DNA of 54,734 bases, the filler included, from Sphacelaria rigidula (taxonomy: Eukaryota): assembly GCA_964200075.2 (NCBI GenBank). It is 5 parts of 5 records of this genome, joined end to end, with 100 filler letters (N's around TTAATTAATTAA, not from the genome) between each part and the next. Parts side by side here need not be neighbours in the genome. Positions count along the whole stretch, not along the records: positions 32,904 to 43,769 come from CAXNAA020005768.1; positions 43,870 to 54,734 come from CAXNAA020005769.1; 3 more parts are not named here. One strand, written 5' to 3'. The position numbers were made by a program, and so were the translations under genes. The notes beneath the pieces are model-generated. The model saw only the letters and a program-made list of their open reading frames with translations, was not told the origin of the DNA and did no database searches. This document shows, piece by piece, positions 38,136 through 50,500 of the stretch (the first letter of the stretch is position 1; the number at the start of each line of letters is the position of its first letter).

Positions 38136-40001
38136 TAACATTGCAATATTAATCAATACAGTGGTCTCCTCCATCGCCGAGTCAAAAAGGCAAGGCACCT
38201 CGTAAACCTATGCCAATTTGACGATGCCGACAGGCTCTCAAACAGCAGACGAACGTCGCCCCACAAACCCGTGTTAGATGCACGTAAACTTTGTTTGGCC
38301 CTCGCCGTACATACGGTGTAGCAGATGCATCGTGGGTGCAGCACGGGCAGTCAGGCGAAAGTGATGACTGTGTCCCTATTCGTGGCGTGCGCAGAGGGCG
38401 CACCGACAATCCAGTTGACCGTGCCTTACCCCGCAATGGCATACCTATATTTCCCCCTGCAGACAGTCACCGCGCCCCTGTGGTCTAATGACCCAAGTGA
38501 CACCATTAGAGCGAGAAGAGGACACGGATGTGGTGCCCGCCAAATGCGGTTGGGTTCTTTCATTACAGTAGCTGGTTTCCGCCTCTGGAAGCATGAGGAG
38601 GTCAGTAGCACAAAGACTTCGACTGAGTTTGTTTGAGGAGAGTTGACGCAGTAGGGGGTCGCTGACCCAATCCGCGAGACTAAGGTACAAGGCGTTCACC
38701 GGGGGGGAGATGGGCTGGTTGATCCCTTGAGAGCACCATGAAGGGGTGATTGGGAGGGGGGCGGAGTGAGCGAATATGACGGGGGGGGGAAAAACAAGAA
38801 ACGTGAACGGGCGTACCGTGTTTTCCGGTGAGGTACAGTGCGACTGACATGCACGGGTTTATCTGTGGCACATCTACTGATGATTGATTTATTGACTGAT
38901 TCCTTGATTGTCGCATATTTAGTCATCATCTAGGGACCCTGGCGTTGCCATTATCCACAAGATAGATGTGCCTAACGTGAACAAAACGGAAACCCTCGCC
39001 GGATAAATAGAAAAGTGGAGAAAAAACGGACGGAGAAATCTGAGGAACAAGCAGGAAGGGGAAGGAGAGGATCAGAGGAGAGCTAAAGAGAGAGAAAAAA
39101 AAAAGCAAAAGAAACAATGAGAAGGAAAAAAATATAGAAACAAACCTTGAAAAATGGCCGGTCTCTGCAGCATAATTTTCGCTGAATGAGGTCTTGCGCA
39201 ATAAGCACATGCACCAACACGAAAAGAAAAACAAAGAAGACCGTGGGAGCAAATTGTGGCTCAGCTCTTTCGGACCATAATTCGTGGGCATGAGCTCTCA
39301 CCCATGAGCCCTACGGAATCAAGGCACTGATGTTCAACTGTAGAACGCTGAGGGAAAAAAAACAGCGAGGCATATAGAGATAATTGAAGGGGAAAATAGA
39401 GAGAAGGGGAGAAAGGAATCGCATTTACAGAAGCATGACCCAGGGAACACCGCAATACCACAGGCGAAGGAAAGGGTTTACGGCCGCTCAGAGGGGAGAG
39501 GGGTGCATCAGTGCCCGTGTTACTTAACTCAGCTTCCCTCATTCGTCGCCTTAGTCTGATACAAGGCGGCACATTCTCTCGACCATTTTTATCCTGAAAT
39601 TTACTTGCGAGCTGTTGCTGTTGCTGCGTCGGCTATGACGACTATCCTACTTGCGTCTCTCCCGAGATACAGCAACCTCTCGATTGTGACGAAGGCCCGG
39701 TTGGAGTTTGTTTTCCTGTCGTGACGACCCCTCGAACTCCTCCGGCCCTTTTCTAGACTCCAAGATGACATTTGCTCGTGTTCGCCGCAGTGATCCAACC
39801 GTATGCGTCCTGTATGTAACCTGAACTTGACCTTCATTTTTTTCAATTTTCTCGGATCGCATTTTCTAAGGCCACACACACGAGTTCATCCGCTCCGGTC
39901 AAAAGTTTTACATACGCTGGGTCCTTCAATTGCTTTTTTGGGACGCTACAGTACAGTACGCTACGGTACAGTAGTATCCCCGCTCAAATCAGTAGAGTTT
40001 A

Positions 40002-40305
40002 CCGGCGTTGGGCTACAAATGTCCATGGTTGATATCACTTGATTTTGAGTGTGAACAACGAGAATCGGAATTTTAGCGGGGCTGACAGTCTCGTGTGCTC
40101 CTCGCTTGCGCAGGACGAGTTTTCGTTCAAATCGGCGCCACAGGCGTCGATTTGGGGTTCGCCAAGGCCACCCTCTGCCTAGGGAATGTAATTATACCGC
40201 CGTCGCCCGAGAGTTCTCGGTATGCGTTGGGTTGGGGTTAGGGTTTCAGGGGTAGCGATACTTGTAAAATCGTGGCAACCATGGACATTTGTAGCCCAAC
40301 GCCGG
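40002..40305. mobile_element. 304-bp MITE with perfect 30-bp TIRs and TA flanks (Tc1/mariner-type)
   Basis: TA|CCGGCGTTGGGCTACAAATGTCCATGGTTG ... CAACCATGGACATTTGTAGCCCAACGCCGG|TA. Confidence 0.9.
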
Positions 40306-40526
40306 TAACCTAGCCTCGTTCAAATGCCGCGAGAGCGCCGCTCACCACCTACGTTGTGCTTTTTCATTCGACGGTGTTTTTTTTTTTTCCGGAAATGAAA
40401 AGTGTGCAAGTCGCACCGTGCATTTGGGGGGATTGAAGAGCGTGAGCAACCTACCTTCCCATCCGCGTCAGCCCCCAACATAAGACAAAACGCCTTTCAG
40501 CTCAATAGCTGACGTGCGCCTGACAG

Positions 40527-42478
40527 AGGGTGGCAAGCTGCAACGGATTGCCAACGATTGAAGAAACCTGCGCTTGGCTGTCTCTGCGTGGCCGACCTCG
40601 GGGGCAGCTGTCGACCGTTGCCTCGAACCAAATGATGATGACCGACGACTGCAACAAAGCACATACACGTCGACATCCGGTCATGGATAGCTGGGGTCAT
40701 TCCGAGTGGACTGATCGATTGATTGGTAGTCATACACTTCATGATGCCCGAGGCAACCAGCCGTGGTCATCATTCCTAAGACGGGTGTACTCAAGGTAGC
40801 CCAAACGGGAGCTCTCGCTATTTTCTGCTTTTTTTGGTTGTTTGTTGTTTAGTAGAGGCCGCACCAAGTTGGAGAAATTGATAAAATACTTCAGCACTAT
40901 TTTTTTTCATCCGTTGGTTTTCCTCCAATTTTCCTTTATTCTTGCTCCTTCTTCACGAGTTTCCTCCCAAAGAGTTGGTATATCGATTCAGCTGTACTTG
41001 CATGGTTATTGTATGATTTTTATTTTTATTTTCCTTGATGGAAGGAGGAAACCCAACCCAACACTTACCCCGCAAGCGATCGCAGGCGATCGCTAGCGAG
41101 TTCGTGTGCCGATAACCCGAAGGCTCGGCTGGACCACCTCGCGGCAGTCATGTAGGGGAGTCGCCTCGAGCGATGGCTCAAGGCAGTGTGAGGGAATGCT
41201 CCCACGAAACCCCCCCCATCAACTTGGCGCAGTGCACGCACCGCCCTACTCTTAAAAACTTCGGCCCTAGGGGTTATTATACAATGATCACCCCAGGGAT
41301 ATATGTATGTATATGGCTCGTCTATTTTGTGATTACCTTTCGATTTTTTTCACGAACGTCATTGCATATGAGACACTACAATACTCGACCGATCCACAGA
41401 CTCGACCCGCGAAGGAGTCATATTTCGTAACCCATGCTGGATGCGTCAGATTGAGTGAGATTTAGGGCCCAAAAAATCGGCTCCATCTATCGGCCGCATT
41501 CTAATCCCAATATGTTAGACATACGACCTTCGCTTACGGCTAGTAGTTTTAGCACTCAAGTGACGTTACACACTGCAGATATCTTGACTGCAAACATGCG
41601 CGTCTTGATCTCCCCATCAGTCTCCATTCACGTGTCGGAGAATATGTGTCCAAATTGCCGTCGTTTTCACTTGAAAAATGGTTGTCGTAAGATCCAGGGG
41701 ACCCCTTCCTCCCCCAGGTCACCGTTTTTTTGCGCGCGCTTGAGTTTTTTTGCGGTAACCGTGATGGTAGTCGAGCTAGAACAGTTTTTTCTGGGTGGGA
41801 GAACCTCAAATCCGCACAAAGGGGATGATCATACTACGTAGTGTTTTAACGGTGAGGCACCCATGAGGCGATGTGTTGGCCGTGGCTGTCTCTGGTGGTG
41901 GCGATACCAGAAAATGAAGCAGCCCATTGGAGGCTGGCATCTATATGCAAGGTAATTAGTGGGCTTCGGGCCGAACAATCTTAGCAGGATGCAGCTCATC
42001 CTTCATGCGACTCGCCAAACACAACACATCACGGCGCTTCGCGCTTGGTGATCGATTGCGAGCCTAGTCCGACGAACACGGCGTGCTCCGTCCCGGCTTC
42101 GTTGGGATGCATGGTCAATGGTCATATGACTATGGCATGCAAGGTCATAATTACCCCCCCCCCCCCCACCCCCACCCCCACCCACCCACCCACCCACCCA
42201 TCCCCCTGGCGGACCAAGAAAAGGGTTGAAAAAAATAAAGCTGTTTGGCTGATATGGAGTCACCGAAAAAATCGAATACCATATAAGTGCCGCCAATATC
42301 CTTCAAAACCGCACCTTCGTTTTACTTTCATTTTGTGTCTATGCTTTTTGACTTACTCATTTCTCATCAGTATTTTGATCGTCTTCATTTTCGTTTTTTT
42401 TTTCTTTCTATTTTTTTTTTTTTGGGGGGGGGGGGGGGGGTGGGTAAAACAAAGAGTGTGTTTTTTACTTTGGTGATT

Positions 42479-42524
<46 letters not shown>

Positions 42525-42767
42525 TTTTTGCGGGCCCCCCGCCCCCGCGCCGGTCAACAGAACGGTGATGTTGCTACTCCTAATCGCCATCTCCGTGGCG
42601 GCCTCCGGCGCAAAGGCGCCCCCAGCGTCGGAGCTGCTTGGGCGAGGAGGGGACGGATGGGAACGTCGCCGTGCGCTGCAGCAGTGGGCGGGATTCTTGC
42701 ACGAGGGCTTGATGCTGGAGGCGTTGGCTCTGCATTTCGAGGGGCTGACGTCTGCGGCCGCGTGCAT
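40527..42767 (+). CDS. Candidate exons of a hypothetical, possibly membrane, protein
   Basis: Exon 42561-42767 (CAG|...|GTGAGC, after a long poly-T tract) reads TVMLLLLIAISVAASG...WAGFLHEGLMLEALALHFEGL with GC-rich third positions. It is phase-compatible with a weaker exon at about 40527-40795 (...PWSSFLRRVYS|GTAGCC). Confidence 0.4.
41036..41195 (-). repeat. Diverged copy of the structured SINE-like repeat at 50320-50500
   Basis: GGAAGGAG.AAACC..CCCAACACTTACCCCGC...GTGCCGA...GGCTCGGCT.GACC...CGCCTCGAGCG...GCTCAAGGCA is shared between the two copies. Confidence 0.75.
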
Positions 42768-43769
42768 GTGAGCCGTTTCTATCGCACCGCATGCTTGACG
42801 TCGTGCCTTCGTTGCGGACTTGCTGCCCATAATTAGGGCGTCTTTCGGAATGGAATACACGAAATACTGGAGCGGGCTATACGAAGTTGAGGGGCCAAAT
42901 GATGATTGCGTGTCCCCGAGAGTTGGTTGTTGAAGATTCTTAGTGTCCTTCATTCCGTGTCGGTGATTGCATTAACTCATTGTTGGCTTATGGATGGATA
43001 TGTTATGACCACTCTGTTGAGATAGATATGATCAAACTGTGCGTGTTGCGCGAACTGAAACTACCGTACACACCGACCGACGGTACTGTACTCGTACAGC
43101 AGAGTCCGGATCGGGTGGAGTTTTGTGCGCTCGGGTCCCCCCAACAGTTTGTAACCATAGTCATATCACACCCTGGATAATGACAGTATATTGCATTTTA
43201 GAAACGTGTACTGCGTACACAGTATCGAACTATTGCGTCTATTGCGATAAACATGAAAAACCACCATCCTGTACGCAGTACATTTTTTGACAATGTGATG
43301 GTTTGTCCAGTGTGTCATACATATATTATATATATATGTATATTTTTGAGGTGTGTATCGCTCGAGTAAACAGAGACGTACGGGTAAGACTGTTTGTCGT
43401 TGTCTATATCGCCCTGATGCCGAAGGTACTCCGTGGCTAGACGATGTTTTCCTCGTGATATGTAGGCAAGAAGTGGATCAGACGTAGAGTGGTCCACAGT
43501 TAGATGGACCATTTCCTCGGGGATGCTTGGGCCACCGTAATCTCAGGCTCGTATTGGCACCACCTCGAGTTGTCTAGGATCGTCGGCTTTACAGGGTCCG
43601 GGCTAGTCGGATACTTTCGGATCGTCCATACCCCGAACCTGCATGCGCTCGTTCTTCATACATGTATGACATCCATCTCTGATGTGTCACTGCAAAGAGA
43701 TGTCTTTCACATCACCCCCCCCCCCCCCCCCCCCCCCCGGGCGCGGGCGGCGCGCGTGCGCGGTGTGGT

Positions 43770-43869
43770 NNNNNNNNNNNNNNNNNNNNNNNNNNNNNNN
43801 NNNNNNNNNNNNNTTAATTAATTAANNNNNNNNNNNNNNNNNNNNNNNNNNNNNNNNNNNNNNNNNNNN
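43770..43869. other. Artificial contig linker
   Basis: N44-TTAATTAATTAA-N44. Confidence 0.98.
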
Positions 43870-43904
43870 GAAGGCCCAGTTTTTTTTTTTCTTCTTACCT
43901 CTGT

Positions 43905-44534
43905 CGTTCTCCATGCCAAGTTTCAAATCACAATTCTCAAAATTGAGCTAAAAAATTGAGATGAGGCCCAAGAGCAATATTCATTTCTCCTCAAAACTCC
44001 CCTAAAAACACGAAAAAAGATTAAAAAAACGAAAAAACCCCGAAAAAGCTGTGTTTTTTAGTTCATTATGCACAAGCGGTTCTCCATACCAAATTTCATC
44101 GCACAACTCTCAAAAACTGATACGCGATATCCAGATTTAAGTCATCTAGTGCCTCTGCTCCTCATATACTGGTTTTAGTATGGAAATTTATGTGCGCCAT
44201 ATCTCGAGATAGATGACGAAGTAGGTGAAGGTGAGGGTACCTATCGTCTCCCCGTGCTCCAGGGAAGGTCCACACCAGAAATCGTTATCATCCGCTCAAT
44301 CGATCGTTCGGGGTTTCATATAGATTTTAGTGTGGACGCTATCTCCGCTAGGTATAGGAATTGCTAGACATGTGGTTCAATCAACGAGAGAAAAATTGGC
44401 CCAGATTTTTGAGCAGATGGGCACCTTCCCTTGATTAGACGATTAATACGATATGCGGATCACGGCCCAACTCGTCTGTGTCGTTGAGATATCGCTTTGA
44501 GAGCTTAAATTCGTTTTTAGGTTAGCCCAGCTCG
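43905..44534 (-). mobile_element. Left arm of a CGAGCTGGG-family transposon, probably in a DDX42 intron
   Basis: Reverse complement of 6665-7290, ending GCCCAGCTCG|TA. Confidence 0.8.
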
Positions 44535-44798
44535 TACGAAGACCAAGCAACCCTGCCGTACAGGATGTCTGCGCGAGTGGTGTTGCACTGCTGTCGTTCG
44601 GGACACGTTTGGCGCTGCAAGCGTTTCTGCTGGATGGTTTGGCGTGGAAACACATCAAGATTGACGCGCCAGTGCGCTCCATTCGATCGCGATAACTTTT
44701 TAGTGGTTGCCATATCTCGCAAGAGCGACCCTACAGGGTAGTTCGACCCTTCGTTTTTTTCCGTGTCTCTTTGCGTGTCCGCCGACTTTTTCTCTCAG

Positions 44799-47700
44799 GG
44801 AGAGGACCTTGCGAGCGTTTAAGCAGGGTGTCATGCATATCCTCGTTGGTACCGACGTGGCATCGCGGGGTTTGGACATCAAGAATGTGAACACAGTGGT
44901 GAACTACGACTTGGCCAAGAACATCGAAACGCATATCCACCGCGTTGGTCGGACGGGGCGGTAAGTGTTCTTGCTCTCTTCTGATATCTTGTTCTCATCT
45001 ATACTTCACGTGCTCGTAGCGGAAGTGGGCCCAATGCTCTCGACGAGAATATCGGGAGGCCGGGTGCTTTCCTACTATTTTCTGTAACGTGTGGTGTCTC
45101 CCGAAGGCAGAGCGTAGTCCCTGCAAGTTCCTACGAATGTTTAGCGCGACTCCGGGTATGTTCAGGCCGTGTCGGGTAAGAACAGCCGGCGGTCACCGTT
45201 GTTGTGTGTTTTTCACCTGAGATCCGGTCTCGGTAGATGTGCCCAACCACAAACGACTTTCACGTGATGGGTTTCAGATGCGGAAGCGATTCAATCGTCG
45301 CGTTCAATTCGCATCGAGCCCTCCTTACGTGCAGATGGTTCTGCGCATGCTCCTGTTGCTGCTACCGTTTTCATTTCGCCTGTTGCTATCGTTCGCCTGC
45401 GACCGACTGACCGGCGATCAGAATGGGCAAGGATGGAGTGAACCCGGGCACGGCGTACACACTTTTGACTCCGAAACAGGCGTCCTCTGCGGGAGATTTG
45501 GCATACCATCTGGAGGTGAGCGGTGAAGAACCGTGCTCGCGGGGGCGGTACTAAATGGGTTGGTGTCGCGGGCATGTCGTGCTCTTTAAAGAAACAGATC
45601 CAGCTTTCGAAAGGTCAAATGTGTCACTTCAGCCGACGAGTTCTTCGTGAACCCCAAAACGCAGAAGGCACACGACATACAGCACACGTTTTTTTTTTCT
45701 TTTTTCCCCGTAATCCTTCGAAAGAGAACAGGCACTCATTCCCGTTGGTGTTCCTACTTGGTGGAAATATGTTCGCGGAGGGCGACGAATGTGGTGGATT
45801 GCTTTCAATGGGTCCGCTTATGGATACAGCGTTGTGTTGGATTGTGGGGATGCACGGCACGATTTGCCACAAGTGTTTGCCACTGTTGTTCGATCAGTTG
45901 CCTCGTCTCTGGCTGAATGTGTGGGCATATTGAAACTTGTATACCTCTCGGTGCCCTCCGGTTGGGGTGGTTTAGAGGTGTGGTGAAGCGGTCATCTGCT
46001 TTCTCGTTTTTCGTTGCGCCGGACGGGTTGAAGATGCGTCCAATCAAACTGTCCCTTGTACTCCGATATCATGACTTTTTTTCGAGCAGATAGCCTAGCC
46101 CGCTTCAAAGGAATTCCGCTCTTCACTTTTGCCATATGCCCTACTTTTGCCACGCCCTGCGTTACGTGTAACAACACCAGCAGTACATTTGCTCGGTCCT
46201 CTTATCGACAGTTCCTCTCTCTGATTGTTTGCAATCGTTTTCAAGATGGCCAAGCAAGAGGTGCCGAAAGAGCTGGAGGCATTAGCCAAACAGGGGGGCG
46301 GCCGCCGGGGCGGCGGTGGGTTTGGCGGCGGGTTCGGAGGAGGTGGAGCTGGCGGTGGCGGCGCGGGTAAAGGCGGTGGGGGACGACAAGGCGCTGGAAT
46401 TGGGTAAGTTTTTGTGCTTTCGATGCTTGACATGAAGAGTTACGGTTGATGTCAGTCAGTGGATATCTTACACCAACATGCGATGCTTTTATGATGGAGG
46501 ACACCGCACTTTCGAAGTTTGCACCCTGTATGTGTAGGGGGTGTCATGCGACGTCGTCGACGGGCGTGTGTAAGGTCTCTGCCGAGATTCTGTGCTTACT
46601 GTTGGCAAGGGAGGGCGGAGGTGTTGGGTGCCGTATTTTACTGCTGTTCAGTGTTGCGGCTACATGCTTCTTGGCTCCCCGGATTATCCAAGCACGTACG
46701 CGGGAAGTCTCCTGGATTCCGTGTCGATTGTACCCTGGGAAGCAGTAGCTGTTCCTCGTCTCTCTTTCACGCGGGTGCGTGAGCAGAAACCCTCAGGGGG
46801 ACGGCGGAGGTCAAGCCACTGTGTAGTGAACCCGGAGAAGGCATGCTCTCGTGCTTTGCCCCGGCCATTCTCAGTGCGCACAACGCACTCCGTACGAGCG
46901 CTGTACTCATCATGTGTGCATATTCCCTATATCAATGCACATTTTGAAATGTCACGCAGCCTGTTCGGCAACAATTTTTTTTTCGATGGTGCTCTTCCTC
47001 TAATTGTTTAGGTTTGTCAAATCCGGAAACGGTGGAATCGGCAGCGGAGCCAAGGACAAGAATAATGCCTCTAGCAAATTCTCCCCGTCCACGGCGCCAT
47101 CCTCGTCATCGTCAGCCCCAAAACCACCGGCACCCTTAACATCTGCAGCCGCGGCCGCCGCCACAAAACACGTCGTCAATCCCATACAGCTCCCAGCTGG
47201 CTTACTGCAAGGCGTTGCGAAGGGCGTGGTGGAGCGCGCCGCCGCAGCCGGATTCACGCCTCCCGCGGTGGCCCCTGTTTCGCCGAGTAACAAATCCCCC
47301 AGGAGAGTTCACAATCCTATCGAGGATGCATACGACACGAAGGCGCCGTGGAGCCCTGGATCGAAGGCCGCTGCCGAAGGTTCGTCTCTGGTGGGCGGAG
47401 CGTCTCCCACAAGCGGGCGAGGTCGAGGTCTGTGGTGAGTTAATATCTCGGACGTGTGGATACCTTCATGTTTCCGTTGTTTTCACCTTGGGATACGTCC
47501 ATCGTGTGTGACCACGGCGGGAGTCATCGCGAAGCAGTATTGTGTGCGACAATCAATCAAATGAAGCAACAAGGTGCTCTGCGATCAAAGGGCTATGACA
47601 GCACAGCATCGGGTGTGTACTTGTGTCGTTTTTCGTCATCATTCATGAGCCAGTGATCTCGGGATCTAACGTGAAAAATGTATGCCGCCACGCCTCGGTG

Positions 47701-48943
47701 ATCCAATGGGTCCTAATGTGGAGAGAACATAGGTTCGATTCCTGATGCGTTGGATTTTCTCTTCGAGTTATGTGATTTTCACCATCGGAAGCGTGAGTAC
47801 GTGGGTAAACAAAAATAGTTGCGTGAATGCTGACCCAATCCGCGACACCAAATGCAAGGCGTGTACTGGGGAGAGATGGGTTGTTCGTTGAGACCACGGA
47901 CTCGTCCCGAGAAAGGGGAGGGGTTTAAAGTGTGACATGAAATAAGAAAAATGGGGAATGCGTAGTAGCCTGCTCGCGGGTGTGACCCACTCTATCAGTC
48001 CGCGCCGTAGCACCAGCTACTCGCCCAGGCGGCTGATGTTACGGCGCTGACTGATCGAGTGAGCCGCACCCGCGAACGGGCTGCTACGCATGCATCATTT
48101 TTCTTATTTCATGTCACACGTTGAACCCCTCACCTTCCTCGGGACGAGTCCGCGGTCTCAAGCGATCAACTCATCTCTCTCCAGTACACGCCTTGCATTT
48201 TGGTGTCGCGGATTGGGTCAGCATTCCCGCACTGCTTCAACTCGGCTGATGCTACGGCCCTGGCTGATTGAGTGAGCCGCACCCGCGAGCGGGTTATTGC
48301 GCATGCTGCCCCGCACATTTTTCGTACTCTGACTTGTCGGACCCCCGGGATCGCTGGGTCAGAGCTCCGTCTTTATTTTTTATTTTGCACGTTCTAGTAT
48401 GGGATATGCGGATTAGGACTAAGTACACACCCGATGCAATGGCGTCATATTTCCGTTTTGCCTGCGATGGACCCACCTCCGTTGAGCGCGGTGATGTGAG
48501 CGTCGGTACGTAGCGATGACAACCCATTTCAACGGAAGCTTACTTCCAAGTATTATTTCCTACACCAAATGGAACTACTCCGCTCACCCGCCCCATGATC
48601 GGCATTTTCAACTTTTGATTGCCTCATCTCATCCTTCCGCCCTTCTGACCATCCGCCCATCGCCTCATTCTTCCTCTGTGGGTTTTTCCCCCCCTGGTAT
48701 TTTTGATCGTGCAGGGGTAAAAGCCATGCGCACCCACCATTGCCGCCGCTTCCCCCATTACCGGCCCCTGCATTGGCTTGGAAACCACCGCCGCCACTGC
48801 CGCCAGCGAACGCGCCAGCGCAACCGCCGCAATCGCCCATTCCCGCACCAGCGGCCGGAGCAGGGAACGGCGCCGGGAACAGTTCTGCGGCAGGGGCCGG
48901 TTCTACGGGGGCCCCGCGGGTCAGAAAAAGCCGATGGGGCTAA
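44799..48943 (+). CDS. DDX42: DEAD-box RNA helicase DDX42 (SF3b125-like), last five exons; 5' part missing
   Basis: Exons 44799-44960, 45422-45515, 46246-46403, 47012-47434 and 48715-48943 all splice GT-AG in phase. They give [45 protein letters not shown]...AGDL...LE...QEVPKEL, a Gly-rich region, a Pro-rich region and a C-terminal RKSRWG*, characteristic of DDX42. Confidence 0.88.
47590..48450. mobile_element. Foldback/MITE-like element in the last DDX42 intron
   Basis: Inner ~180-bp inverted arms at 47823-48000 / 48050-48228 and outer ~30-bp inverted pair at about 47593-47625 / 48417-48450. Arm sequence also occurs at about 25002-25130 and 38661-38735. Confidence 0.75.
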
Positions 48944-50309
48944 GCGTGTGTTGCTTATTTTGTGCTGTGTATTTCATCGCCATAGAGTGTAAAGAGTAAG
49001 GACTAGACTTATATCATCGTGTTGGTTGAGCTTGTTTTTTCATCACTAAAATGTCTTGCTTTATTTTTGGGATGAGAGGCGAGTAAATGATAATTTCGTA
49101 AATGACGCGGATGCTCGAGCTCAAAAAGCGGGTATTGTCAGGATTGGTGTTAGTAGTGCTGAACAACATCGTGCCCTGGCTCTGCGCTGCCGAGTCGTCC
49201 TGTTTCGGGTCGTACTAAGGATGTGTCCCTCTCAGTCTGCAATTAGTCACATATACGTTTAAATTATTTCGAGTTTTCACTACTGGACCGTTTCGTCGTG
49301 TTCATTTCATTGCCACATTCAGGCGACTTCTCCCCCTCATGGATATGAGATTTTTACGAAGTTCTCAACTTCGCCAAATACGTCACCAGCCACGCGCTGC
49401 CTGTTATTCCCCTCGTGATGCAAACCGAGCGGGGACTAACGGGTTACTCTCGATATCTCGGACTAGATCCCAAAATAATCACATGACCTGCACCCAGGGT
49501 CCTCATTGTACTCGGCACCTACGATTCCTAGGTTTTAACTACACTACAATGGCAGGAGATCAGCGTGTAAGTACACACACATTGCAACAAACAAATGTGA
49601 ACACAGCCCGCAGTACGTAGTGATGATGAAAACGTGCTGGGAGTAGTTAGCGTACGTACGCTGGGGCACCTTGAATTGTCAGTTTTTTCTATTTTATGTT
49701 TACCCCTACAGGATATGCGGGGTAACCAACGGCCGAACGGTATTGTTGGGTATCCAAGGTGTCCACAGCTAAAACTAGTCAGTAAGCAGTCCAGAATACT
49801 CGGGGTGTCGAAATTAACGAATTAGCTTTCTATGTAACCCCACCACACTCATAAGCACCACTTTGTCAATGTTGATGTACGGTACTCCTCGTACCGTACC
49901 GCACTGCACCGCAGACTGCAACACGACAACCTGCAACTGAGTCTACTTCTTGTCCGCTCTTCGGGTTTCGAAAAAGACGACAGTACAAGAGTAGCACAGA
50001 CGGCATGCACTTGATCCAGCAGCATTGAATATACATTTGCGTACTGTTTGTACTGTAAAGTGTTTTGTTTTTGCTATTTACTGGGCTGTCGGCACTGCTA
50101 CTACTACTGCCGTTGTGGATCTCCACTACAGTAGTAATCCTGTTTCTTGTTTTGGTCTCATCAGACCCGTCTGTCGCTACTTGTTGACCGGCAAAGCACT
50201 GCTGGATCCAGCGTTGCGCGTGGTCATGACGTTATTTCTGCCGCAGTGAATGGTGATTCACGATCCCAAGACTACTTCGCAATGACAATTGATTTCCTTT
50301 TTCATATGT

Positions 50310-50500
50310 ATTTTTGTTCTTGAGGGAAGGAGAAAAACCTCACCCCAACACTTACCCCGCGAAGGGGTTCGCGTGCCGAATTCCCGGGGGCTCGGCTAGA
50401 CCGCCCCGAGGCAGCCAAGTGGGGTAGACGCCTCGAGCGTTCGAAAAGCTTTGCTCAAGGCAATGTGGAGGTCGAACCCACGAAGGGAATCTCTCATCTG
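50310..50500 (-). mobile_element. SINE-like repeat with a B-box-like motif, hairpin-rich body and A-rich tail
   Basis: On the minus strand: GGGTTCGACCTCC (B-box-like), then GC-rich hairpins, ending ...CTCAAGAACAAAAA. A second copy lies at 41036-41195. Confidence 0.55.

Noticed and set aside
39601-39879. Possible minus-strand first exon
   Set aside because: A donor-like GTAAAT is present, but there is no recognisable protein or downstream partner exon.
42390-42550. Poly-Phe/poly-Lys ORFs and long T/G homopolymers
   Set aside because: Low-complexity, probably low-quality sequence or an intronic pyrimidine tract.
42561-42767. Upstream exon of DDX42
   Set aside because: No helicase motifs, and it is on a different contig.
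5644-48943. Functional cluster of methyltransferase + reverse transcriptase + helicase (retron/defence-like system)
   Set aside because: They lie on different, artificially concatenated contigs. The RT is a dead LINE and the helicase is spliceosomal DDX42.
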